The notes beneath the pieces were generated by a model. It saw only the letters and a list, made by a program, of their open reading frames with translations. It was not told where the DNA came from and did not search any database. Shown piece by piece: positions 48,979-59,279 of a DNA stretch of 64,000 bases. Position 1 is the stretch's first letter. Each line of letters begins with the position of its first letter. Source of the DNA: Macrostomum lignano (lineage: Eukaryota); the NCBI GenBank assembly GCA_002269645.1, contig NIVC01002297.1:1-64000 (forward strand). The letters are read 5' to 3'. The position numbers and the translations under genes were made by a program.

Positions 48979-50817
48979 CTACACCACAATGTAATTCGAA
49001 TCGTAGGTGCCACGCGCCGGCTTCGGCGCCTTCACCGCCTGCAGCTCAAGCGACTCCGACGGCGGCGGCGAGGCGGCCGGGGTAGCGGCAGCTGCAGCTG
49101 ACTGGCCGGCCGGCTGGCTCCGGTTCGGTGGCGGCAGCACCAGCTGGGCGTAGACCAAGCTGCTGTCGGCCTTGGTAGCCGTTTTGCAGCCCATCAGCGC
49201 CTCGTCGTATGATGGAGGCCCCTGTTGTGGTGAAGGCTTGAGAAGCTCTTTGATTGTGTCCGGCGAAGGCTGGCTGAGCAGCCGTGTGTAGCTGTCGCGC
49301 TGTGGCGAATCAGTCGACTCGGCCTTGGTGTACTCGCCGCTGACGGTGCGACCAGCTTCCGAGGATGGAGACAGGACGGGATGCTGCCGAAGGTATTCAA
49401 CATTGACGAATTCCTCTTCCTCTTCGTCCTCGTCGCAGTTTGCCGACTTCCTGTTGGCGCCAGCACCTTCCTCTTCGTCGTCCTCCAGGGAGACCTCGGT
49501 GAGCCGGTGCAGCACTCGGTTGTTCGTATTCGCTGAGGACCCCTCCGGCTGCTGCTGATGTGACTGACGGTGTGACAGCCTCGGGGGTGGCGGAGGGGGC
49601 GATGACTCTTCGGGGTCGGCGCTCGACTCCTGCTCGTCAATCGTGGGGGCCTCGGAGGGCTTTTCTGTTGCAGCGGTGACCACAACGGCAGTTGGGTAGG
49701 AGTAGTAAGTGGCGCCATTTCCATCCCCTTTGTCGCATTCCGGATCTCGAGCAGTTCGGTTGCTGGGCTCGCCGTCGCTTGAAGTGGAGGACTCTTCGTC
49801 TCCAATTTCATCTTCGTCCTCGTTGACTTCCTCATCGCCTTCTAGGCATCCGTGCACCGCATCGCCGTTTCGATAGGCAGCGGTGTCAGGGTGATCGGAG
49901 CAGCTCAGCTTGTACTCATAGTCATCATCAATATCGAGGTCTCGCCTCTGCGAGCAGATCTTGGCTAAAGCTACGACTAGAACCAGCGGCACTGCGCCAA
50001 GAGCAAACCAGGGCAGGTTGCGCAGAATCCAACCCGTGGTGCGCAGTGAGCTGCCAGCAATAGTCAAGCTTCCATTGATCCACAGAAAGTCCGAACAACG
50101 GCTCGGCTCACTGAACAGATCGAAGCAGTCGTCCTGGAGCGAGCAACTGTTTGGCCCCATGCAGATGCTCGCGAGCGGTTTCGAGCACCAGGTGTTCCCG
50201 TAGCGATTGCACAAGTCCATTTGCATGGTATTGTTAACAGTATCATTGAACTTGGCGTACGTTGACACCGTGATGTTGACGTGGTTTTCCTGTCCGCTTA
50301 CCCTCGCGTCCTCCCAATAGAAGACGACATAGCGGTACTTCATGTACAGGATCGCCGGGTAGGTGTGAGAGGTGTCTGACAAGTCGTACATCTGATCATT
50401 TTCGACTTCCTTTGGGATCTCGCTGGTTTCCGTGTTCACAATGTGAAGCTTCTGGCCTGACAAAAGCTGGGTGATCTTGAGTCGCAGGTACCAAAAGTTA
50501 ATCCCGCGCCTGTCTTGCGTGAGTTTGCCAAACGGCACCAGCGGAGTCTTGCAGATTGTCCGCCTCTGAGCCGCTCCAGGCTCTGGGGCCGTGGTCACTT
50601 TGACGTTGCCCTCAATGGTGACCAAGTCCTGCAGGAAGTAGTGATGATCGCACTGATGATTCAGCCGGTTGCCCAGGTGAATCAGTGGCCTTTCCTCGGG
50701 TTCGGACTCGGAGCTGAAGAACTGGCAGTGGCTGGCTTTGATCAGAACAGAAACGATTGCCAAAGCTGTCCAGACAAAAACAACCTGACGATTGAATACG
50801 CCAGGCAGGGGTATCAT
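48979..50817 (-). CDS. Single-exon type I membrane protein (612 aa); CUB-like plus degenerate LDLa-like ectodomain; acidic tail with Tyr motifs (LDLRAD/PMEPA1-like)
   Basis: N-terminal hydrophobic signal (VVFVWTALAIVSVLIKASHC), Cys cluster CNRYGNTWCSKPLASICMGPNSCSLQDDC, TM WFALGAVPLVLVVALAKIC, tail with PPSYDEAL and LVYAQL. The domain names are inferred from pattern only. Confidence 0.8.
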   Translation of the reverse strand: MIPLPGVFNRQVVFVWTALAIVSVLIKASHCQFFSSESEPEERPLIHLGNRLNHQCDHHYFLQDLVTIEGNVKVTTAPEPGAAQRRTICKTPLVPFGKLTQDRRGINFWYLRLKITQLLSGQKLHIVNTETSEIPKEVENDQMYDLSDTSHTYPAILYMKYRYVVFYWEDARVSGQENHVNITVSTYAKFNDTVNNTMQMDLCNRYGNTWCSKPLASICMGPNSCSLQDDCFDLFSEPSRCSDFLWINGSLTIAGSSLRTTGWILRNLPWFALGAVPLVLVVALAKICSQRRDLDIDDDYEYKLSCSDHPDTAAYRNGDAVHGCLEGDEEVNEDEDEIGDEESSTSSDGEPSNRTARDPECDKGDGNGATYYSYPTAVVVTAATEKPSEAPTIDEQESSADPEESSPPPPPPRLSHRQSHQQQPEGSSANTNNRVLHRLTEVSLEDDEEEGAGANRKSANCDEDEEEEEFVNVEYLRQHPVLSPSSEAGRTVSGEYTKAESTDSPQRDSYTRLLSQPSPDTIKELLKPSPQQGPPSYDEALMGCKTATKADSSLVYAQLVLPPPNRSQPAGQSAAAAATPAASPPPSESLELQAVKAPKPARGTYDSNYIVV

Positions 50818-52707
50818 GGTTCGTCCGTTTCTCAGTCAGAGGCAACAGTCGCGCCGTTCATCTGCAGATGTTGCGGTTTTGTTGATGCCAGCAAGCTAAC
50901 TCGACTCGCTTTCTTAATTGGAACGGGTTCTAAGATCCCATGCAGCAAAAGTATTTAACTATAGCTCGGACTTACGACTGGCGTGGTGAACTAGCAAGCG
51001 CTTGATCTCCCGGGCCCGCGGCAGACGAGACCAAATTCTGATCCGACCAGCAGTAGGGCGGAGGCAGCAACCGGACTCCTGGCCGCTCTGAAATTCTTTT
51101 GCGACTGAAAACCGAGGGATGGGAAGCCTGGAAGCGGAAAGGCTTTGGTCGAATTGGACAGACTTTCCAGGGGGCTGTGCATGAGAGCAGGCCGGGAGTG
51201 CACACCGCTGCGACTGCAAAAGGGTTGGCGTTCCCTCTTCCCCACCCTTACCTCCCTTCGCCTCCCTCTCTGGGTGGTCTTTCCTGTTTCCCTACGCTGC
51301 AGATCTGTAGCATGGGAGAGAGAAGAGAGGAATGAACGCGACCAGTGGGGAAGGACTGCGAGGCAGAGAGGCGAACAGGGAACGGAGAGGTTGGCTACAA
51401 GTTCAGCCAAGGTCTTCACCCCGCTGCGACCCAACCTAAATCCCAACAACACGCACTGGGCGCCTCTAATAGCCCAGGGCACCGCGTTCTCTTTGCCGGA
51501 CTCAAGCCGGGCAAGACGCGGCTGGCACAGGACTGAGACTGAGACGGGGGGGAGCACGGAGGCAAGCACGGGGGACGGGCTTAGCGATCGAAGCGATCCA
51601 TGCCGCCCACCCCCAATGTCTGGCAAGGCTCACGCAGTTCTCACCGCATCTTCTAACGAACTCATATCTCATCACAGCGTCATCACGTTCACGCTAGAAG
51701 GGAAAGATTGAGGAAGCAGACGGATGCTGTCCCACCTCCGTATTCCGGACAGCGGGTAAGCCCCCAATATTTTTGCAATTAGTAAGCCTCATTTGATCCT
51801 TCTAGTTTTTATGAAACGGAAAAATCTCGCCCAAGGCCCTACATGTAGGTCGTACAGCTCGTACATGCAGCACATCTGTAACGTCACTTTTGGGGATCAC
51901 AAATGGTTGAAGTTTGTAGAAGCCGCCTCGAGCAAAAAAGCCACTACGAGCGTATGAAAGAAATGAGAGATTCTCAATCTAGATATTTGCCCGATGTTTA
52001 TACTGAAACTTAATACACGGTAATTTAAATGATACGATGTATTTTGGTGCTTCTGAAGCTTCTAATAAGACAGATTGGATAGTCAATAAGCGTTCAATGT
52101 ATTTCGATAAAAGTGCTGTAGTGTTACTAAAGTCAGTTTACATATTCATATATCTCAAAAAACCGTGTGCTCAAGAAAACTTTTTGTTGTGGCTCCTCAG
52201 AAAAGCTGCTACGAGCGTATCTTAGTGTTCTACTTGTGCTAGACAATCCCCGAGTTTAGGCCCCGAGTTTAGCTACGGCTTTTCAAGACCTAACAAGCCG
52301 CCTCCGCGCTAAACCAAATTGAGCTCTAAAGAGCTCCGAACGAAACTTGAGACGTCAAACTCAATCAGGACCATTCGAAATTGCTGCTGAGTTCGAGGAG
52401 ATTTCTCTGCCCGGGAAGATGCTTGTCTGGAACAGACATCTCGACTTCAATCCATGTGCTCAACGGAGTTCCTTCCTATTCCCTGCTTTCATGGGCGATG
52501 CGCGTCGGCATGGATTTTATGGTGAGGGGACTAGGCCTAAGAGCTAATGCTGGATTAAATGTAACTACATGCAACCAATGTTTTCAGTAGAATTATAAGA
52601 ACCGTCTCGGCGCCGCAAATGATATTTAAGCACACGAACGAACATAATTTATTGGCAAGAAAATTATATAACAGAATAAGATTGACGGTATTATTCAGCA
52701 AACAAAT

Positions 52708-52972
52708 CCACAGCTCAGTTAGCCCGGTCGGGGCAGACAGTTAAACGACCAGCCAATCAAAACGTGTGAACTCCCTCCCCTACGGCTCAGTTAGCCCGGT
52801 CGGGGGCAGACAGTTAAACCCCCAGCCAATCAAAACGACGCGTGAACTCCCCCACAGCTCAGTTAGCCAGGTCGGGGGCAGGCAGTTAAACGCCCAGCCA
52901 ATCAAAACGCATGAACTCCCCCAGCCCGGTCGGTGGCAGACAGTTAAACCCCCAGCCAATCAAAACGCGTGA
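52708..52972. repeat. Degenerate ~70-bp tandem repeat, 4 copies, each with CAGCCAATCA
   Basis: Repeated (CAGCTCAGTTAGC)CCGGTCGG...CAGACAGTTAAAC...CAGCCAATCAAAACG. Confidence 0.85.
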
Positions 52973-53199
52973 ATTCCAAGCCGCATAGATAAGAGACAGC
53001 ACTGCAAGTTCTACACAAGCAAGCAAATTTTATTTAAAATATTTTTCGCCGTATATTTAAATGAAACTTATGAAAATGGCACAGCTACAGAAATAATGAC
53101 CTGAGCGAATTTAGCAATTACGAGTAGATACCGCGATTTCCTTCAGCACAAGTCTGAGTTTTATTTGAGTTCAATATACGATCGCAAAATATCAGTTGC

Positions 53200-53859
53200 T
53201 CATTCGCTTTTGAGTCGCATTAGCGGAGCTCTCTCGATGCCGTCGTTGGCAGAGGCTGCCGCGGCCGACCCGCACGGGCAGCTGAGGGTTTTTCGCACTC
53301 GCTTCATCCTATTTAGCTGCGGATGCTGAAGCGGAGTCTTGCGATGAAGCGACTGAATGATGGGCTGCAGCTCGGCGCTCAAAGCCTGCACAGCTTGCTC
53401 CAGTTGCTGAGCAGCCTGTTGAGATCGCTGGTGCGGCTGCACTGCGACTGTCTGGGCGGCTGCAGCTTGAGCAACGTTCCCGCGGGCTGGAGTTGCTGCA
53501 ACGGATGCGGCCAGGCTGGCTACATCGTGTGGAACCTCTTCTTGACCGCTGCATGAGCAGCAGCAGCAGCAGTCGATGTGGCTTTCCAGCGCAATGACCA
53601 ATATAACCATCACGATGGCTGACAGAATGCCAATCTCCACCAGGGCTAGCGGCTGCTGGTCATACGATGAGGCAGCTGACGTTGGAGTAGCTGATGCAGC
53701 TGAACTGGGCTGCTGAGAGGTGTGGCTTGAAACAGGCTCTGGCTCAGTACTGCTGGGTGCTTCTGCCGGAACTGCGGGCATTGAATTCGCTGCGATGTTG
53801 AGGCAAAGTATAACGGCAACTGAGATAAAGGCTTTCAAGCATCCTGTTGAGGGTTTCAT
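53200..53859 (-). CDS. Small single-pass membrane protein (~219 aa): signal peptide, S/T/P-rich stalk, TM, Cys cluster, coiled-coil tail
   Basis: ATG at 53859 (MKPSTGCLKAFISVAVILCLNIAANS); TM LALVEIGILSAIVMVILVIAL; HIDCCCCCSCS; heptad-like QQAAQQLEQAVQALSAELQPIIQSL. Confidence 0.7.
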   Translation of the reverse strand: MKPSTGCLKAFISVAVILCLNIAANSMPAVPAEAPSSTEPEPVSSHTSQQPSSAASATPTSAASSYDQQPLALVEIGILSAIVMVILVIALESHIDCCCCCSCSGQEEVPHDVASLAASVAATPARGNVAQAAAAQTVAVQPHQRSQQAAQQLEQAVQALSAELQPIIQSLHRKTPLQHPQLNRMKRVRKTLSCPCGSAAAASANDGIERAPLMRLKSE

Positions 53860-55247
53860 TTCAGTGCGGTTGCAGCAGCGCAACCCTCTCAATCTGATCG
53901 AGTTGTGTATGCGTCTCAATACTGAGGTTTATGGATTACTTGTAAGTGTCAGTGACGACCTCGCTCTCGCCGTAATTATATAGAAGTGGCTGTGCGGCAC
54001 GGTTCCCTAATTGCAGCTCTATAAATGCGTCATTTGGAATCCGTTACGCAAAACTTGCGAGCATCTGGAACTGTACAAAGCTTTGAAAGGCGTGTGTTTT
54101 TAGCAGACTTATTTATAGAGCACCTGTTTATATTAGGATGAATAGAGTAATTAAAAAACACAACTCGATATTTTGCGCATGTTTTTGGCCCGATGAACAA
54201 ATTTCGGCTTGCGTGTTCTGTAGCTCGATTCGAAAAAAAGTATGTAAAGCGGTTGTTTTTTTACCGAGGGAGTGGTCAGATATTCAATTTAGACTACTTC
54301 AGAAAAGTAGAACAATAAAGATTTGAATTGTAAAATCTCTCACATAGTCCGAAAAAGTGGCGTGTGGCCATGGCTAACAAAATAGCTTTTAATCCAGAAA
54401 CCAGTCTCGGTCAACCTGCACGAGGTTCGACCCCACTTTTAGTGTGTCACGGCTGGGGGTCACAGGGGGTCACAGGGGGTCACGAGCCAGTGCCACAACA
54501 TGAAACCCATACGCTCTGGATTTTATTTCGTATATACACACGCTCGCACAGGGTGTTATTTTTTTATTTTCCGACGAAATTAAGCGTCCCAAAGAGTCCT
54601 CCTTTGGGAGAGGAGGACTTTCATAGCGTTGGAAGCAGCAAAACTCTGCATAAAAATATCAATACAGACATGTACATGTATTCTGCAAATGTACTGTCAC
54701 TTCACTTTACTGTGTCTTTTTCAGCCGTGTCGGAACATATTTCAAAGTGGGGTGGGGGGCTATTGGTGGGAGGGCACATTGCACATGATTTTTTTTTAAT
54801 CTAAGGGCACCCCAACTCCTGCTGTTATGTCAGTTTGTGACATTAGTTGTGACAACCAGGCCAATATTCAATTCTGTGTTGAAAGTGGCCAAAAGTCTGA
54901 AAAATGTTCGAATTCTCAAACTAATTCAAACATTGCGCAACCGCACTGCACTATCAATTTATTTAGTACATATCTCAAATGAATGAAAATTGCCAGGGCA
55001 AGACCAGTAGTTTTCTGGATCTCCTGCCTTCCTCCTGCCTGGTTGCCTGCCTCTTGGCGCTGTCTCTTTATTCTTTTATCTGACGGCATTTTAGTGCTTT
55101 TAGTTGCAGTACCCTGAGGGCCAAATGTGGCCCGCAAAGAGTCTCTATCCAGCCCTTGGGTCCTTTGAATCTTCACAATGGCAATCCGGCCCGCTCGATG
55201 TTTGTGTCTCTTCTCAGCTCTCTTCTCTCACCTCTCTCTTCTCATAT

Positions 55248-55532
55248 TCTCCTCTCCTCTCCTCTCCTCTCCTCTCCTCTCCTCTCCTCTCCTCTCCTCT
55301 CCTCTCCTCTCCTCTCCTCTCCTCTCCTCTCCTCTCCTCTCCTCTCCTCTCCTCTCCTCTCCTCTCCTCACCTCTCTCCTCTCCTCACCTCTCTCCTCTC
55401 CTCACCTCTCTCCTCTCCTCTCCTCTCCTCTCCTCATCTCTCTCGTCTCCTTTCCTATCATCTCCTCTCCTCTCTTCTCCTCACCTCTCTCCTCTTCTCT
55501 CCTCACCTCTCTCCTCTCCTCACCTCTCTCCC
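55248..55532. repeat. (CTCCT)n pyrimidine-only microsatellite
   Basis: Direct reading. Confidence 0.97.
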
Positions 55533-55850
55533 TATAGCACAGGCAATTACATAAAGCGGACAAGACTACATGGCAACGGGAGCAAAACTGGGAGCAGCGA
55601 CTACATGGAGCGGACAAAATTACATGGTGATAAAAATTAAAAAATTAATATTTCAATCGAAAGATCTCGGCTAGAAAAAAATTATAAAATATTTTTAAGA
55701 AAAATTATCTAAAATTATTCTAATAAATGAACTTTTTGCATTGTTTGTAATACTACTTTTTATAGAACAGGCCTACTAGCTTTATTAGTAGTAAAGACGT
55801 ACAGAATCGGACAGAATTACCTTGACTTTGCTCCCAACTACACAAATTTG

Positions 55851-56012
55851 TGACCCGCAATAATCCAAGTGGCCTTCAGTGACCCGCACTAATCCGAGTG
55901 GCCTTCAGTGACCCGCACTAATCCGAGTGGCCTTCAGTGACCCGCACTAATCCGAGTGGCCTTCAGTGACCCGCACTAATCCAAGTGGCCTTCAGTGACC
56001 CGCACTAATCTA
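55851..56012. repeat. Tandem repeat, 29-bp unit GTGACCCGCACTAATCCGAGTGGCCTTCA
   Basis: 5-6 copies. Confidence 0.94.
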
Positions 56013-56050
56013 AGTGAATCTCATGACCCGCCATTCCTTCCCCGATAGAG

Positions 56051-56696
56051 TCACTCAAACACACAGAGCTCTTGAAACCACTATAATCTTCATCTAACTG
56101 ACTCACCGGCCTCTGTATATCTTAGCAGCCTAGGCTGTGCTATATTTAGAACAAAGAGCCCGGCCTAGCTCTGCAAAATCACTCAAACACACAGCGGTCT
56201 TGGAACCGCTATAATCTTCATCTCACTGACTCACTCTTTCTGTACCTGCCTCTGTATGTCTCAGCAACAGTTTATATTGTGTATTTAAAATATAAAGAGC
56301 GCATAATGGAAAAGATGACGGTACGATGACTGGCACTTGAGCAGGTTGGCTGAACTAGTTTAGAAATGGATGCAAAAAATACATTAGAAGGCGAAGGCGC
56401 AAGGCCGTAGATCAAATCAAACACAGTTTGATATTTAGATCAAACACAGAACATGCAGTTCGAGGATCGCAAAGACAAAGAGTAGGGTTTGAGCTGGACG
56501 ATGAAGAGGTAAAAGTTGCTTGAACCAAGTGTGGCTGTAGTTGAGGAGAAATCGATTAAAAAATGAATATAGTTTTGAGGGACTGCTCACCGGTCTCTGT
56601 ACCCTGGTATATCTTAGCAGCCTAGGCTGTGCTATTAGAACAAAGAGACAGGCCTAGCTCTGCAAAATCACTCAAACACACATCGGTCTTGGTCTT
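56051..56696. repeat. Dispersed/tandem ~125-bp duplication (copies at ~56051, ~56178 and ~56585-56696)
   Basis: Shared TCACTCAAACACACA...CTATAATCTTCATCT and ATATCTTAGCAGCCTAGGCTGTGCTA...CCTAGCTCTGCAAAATCACTCAAAC blocks. Confidence 0.8.
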
Positions 56697-56701
56697 GGAC
56701 C

Positions 56702-57118
56702 AATCCAACAGAAGTAAGATCGTTCCTCGGCCTGGTCACTTTTGTGGCACGCTTCATCAGCAACCTATCGGACAGAGCGAGGCCGTTGCGAGATCTGACG
56801 AGGCAAGCCGCTGAGTGGATTTGGGGCGAACAGCAAGAAGCCGCGTTTAACGACATTAAGCTAATTATCGCTTAGCAGCCAGGCGCTGGCATTCTTCGAC
56901 AGCAAGCTGCAGACCCAGCTGATCGTGGATGCCAGCCAACTGGGGTCGGCGCCATCCTAGCTCAAGTCCAGCGTGATGAGTCGACGCGGCCAGTGGCCTA
57001 CGCCAGTTGCAGCCTGAGCGCCACGGAGCAGCGTTATTCCCAGACCGAACGAGAAGCCCTGACGGTGAAATACGGCGGCCTAAAGTTCCATCATTACCTG
57101 AGCGGTGAGGAATGTGAC
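56702..57118 (+). mobile_element. Ty3/Gypsy pol fragment (RT thumb/connection to RNase H), disrupted
   Basis: Hand translation gives EVRSFLGLVTFVARFISNLS...W.WGEQQEAAFNDIK*, then LIVDAS, GVGAILAQ...RPVAYAS.SLS.TEQRYSQTEREAL. One stop and frameshifts. Confidence 0.9.
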
Positions 57119-58500
57119 ATGTGACGCCGTCAGCTATTGATTTTAGAGCTATGGGGGTTGCATGCACGTGGCCCTTCTATTTATCTTACTAATGCCTACG
57201 CGCGCACTCAGCGTGCTCTTCTCACGCATGAACGTTGCTCAATATGCAAATCGATGTACATCGCTGCTACAATATAAATGCCAATACGCCCAGTTGAGGA
57301 GCTAACCTTTTCTTCGATCATCGCAAGCGCCGGCCTAGTTCTTAGTCATTTCACTGGCGAAAAAATATTATTCCAAATTAAATAATGCTAGCTCGATCCT
57401 GCTTGCTAAAAAACAAACAGCTAGGGGCGGCCAAATGCCAAATAAAATAAAATGTGGCATTTAGAATTAAGAATCGTGTCCACTGCTAAACGTGTATTGC
57501 ATTTTAACAAACATTTAGGCTCTAGTAAACAAGAAATACAAGTTTCGTGGGGCCTTTTTAGCCAAGTTGTTTTGCTCGAGCCAGTTACTACTACTTTCTA
57601 CTACTTTTCGTCAAATTGATTAACAGTTCACAGTTATTTATAATTTATACTGAATTCCGGTTTAGAATTAAAAATAACCAAGAGCTGTCTTCATTACTTG
57701 AGTAAACTAATGTTGAAGACACTGTTGGTTTTGTTCCAATTATACAGTAAAGTCAGAAATTAATTGGTCTATCTTTGAAAAATTTAGGCTTGGTGTTGCT
57801 TAGGCTTACGCTTTAATTTAAGGCCAAATTTTCTTATGGCCAATTTGAAGTGAAATGTTAAAATATGAAACGAGCATATGCCTATTTCACTATCACCATA
57901 TATTTCATCCATTCATGTAGCTAGTGGTTGGCCTAGCCTACTTGCTACTTAGTAACTTAGTTCTTAATTAATATAGTAGAGGTAGGCCTAGGTTACCAAT
58001 ATCTTTGCAATAGGCTACCCTTTAATCCTTTATATTGCTAAGCCTTTAAGTTTAACCTATTAAGTATTATTAAATATATATCTAGATATTTTATATTTAT
58101 AATCCTCTAAGTTATAGGAATTAAAATATTAGGGCCTATTAGTAATAATTCCCTAATTTTACATAGACCTATTAAAAACTTTCACTTAGCCTAGGCCCAA
58201 TCTTGTTTCTTAAAATATATTTATTTTTTAAATACAAAATATTGGTCAAACGTATTTATATTTGAATATATTCATTGACAACATATGGGATTAACAAATT
58301 GAAGTCAGTCATATTACCATTGAATATAGTTTTTTTGCAGTTTTTTGTTTTTGTCATTTTATATAACTCCTACAACTGTTTAGGCCTAGCAAAATTCAAA
58401 AAAAGAAAAATGGAAATATTTTAACAATTTAAACTTAAAGTTTTCTATTTTATTTAAAATATTAGGCCTAGGCTATATAGTATATACCCTAGGCTAGGCT

Positions 58501-59279
58501 ATAATATGGTTATTTGCTAACTATATTATTTATTGTCTTTTACTTATACTGCCACTTTAAGTAGAGTAGGCCCCCCTAGTTGATAAATAATCTATATAAT
58601 GTATAGACATTAATTACATGACATTTCTGAGTCTTTAATTTATCAATTGTGCAGTTTTTCTAGTATAACGAAATAAATAAATAACAAAATATAAATAAAG
58701 CTATTGTATGCACCTAGCACTCCATAGTCCGGATCATGCTGGGTGCACGCCCGAACAAAAATTAAATAATTACAAATGCACACCGAAAAAAAATAGTGCG
58801 CGCTCATTCTCAAAAATATGCCAGTGTTGCGACTATAAATGACCTTTTTTACGTTGTGACAATAAAAGACCTTTTTTCAATTGCATAATAGACCCTTATT
58901 ATTAGATAATTTTGTTGCTTTTAAGGCTTTTTGGGCGATACTATTTATAGCAAAAAGTTTATACACACAAAGATTTGTTTAAATACTCTTTTACGAGCTA
59001 GAAAAAACCGGAAAGCTTGAAATTTGTGCCTAAAAATGAACTTTTTTCATCTTTTTTCTACTTTACAAAAACTCTTACGCATGATTCTATAAAGTGCATG
59101 CCAGGTGTGCACGCATACTTTTTTCTCAGGAGTGATGCACGCCAACTGTGCACGCCTAATTTTGGTGTACAAGGCCAATGCACGCCCGAATTTTTGGGTG
59201 TATACTACATGATCCGGAGTGTGGCTAGCACTTTACTTTTCAACTACAACTGGAAACTGCGAGTCTCGGCTACACAACA
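58501..59279 (+). repeat. 5' LTR (interrupted by a TIR element; start ill-defined)
   Basis: Shares GCTAACTATATTATTTATTGTCTTTTACTTATACTGCCACTTTAAGTAGAGTAG and CTAGCACTTTACTTTTCAACTACAACTGG with 61363-61696. Confidence 0.8.
58722..59224. mobile_element. 503-bp non-autonomous DNA transposon (MITE) with 17-bp TIRs and 8-bp TSD
   Basis: Left end CCATAGTCCGGATCATG and right end CATGATCCGGAGTGTGG (15/17 inverted match). CTAGCACT is duplicated at 58714-58721 and 59225-59232; the 3' LTR has a single CTAGCACT, i.e. the empty site. Confidence 0.9.

Noticed and set aside
50959-51711. Overlapping ORFs on both strands (188 and 211 aa)
   Set aside because: No recognisable motifs and no consistent exon chain; more likely 5' UTR or promoter sequence of the 50817 gene.
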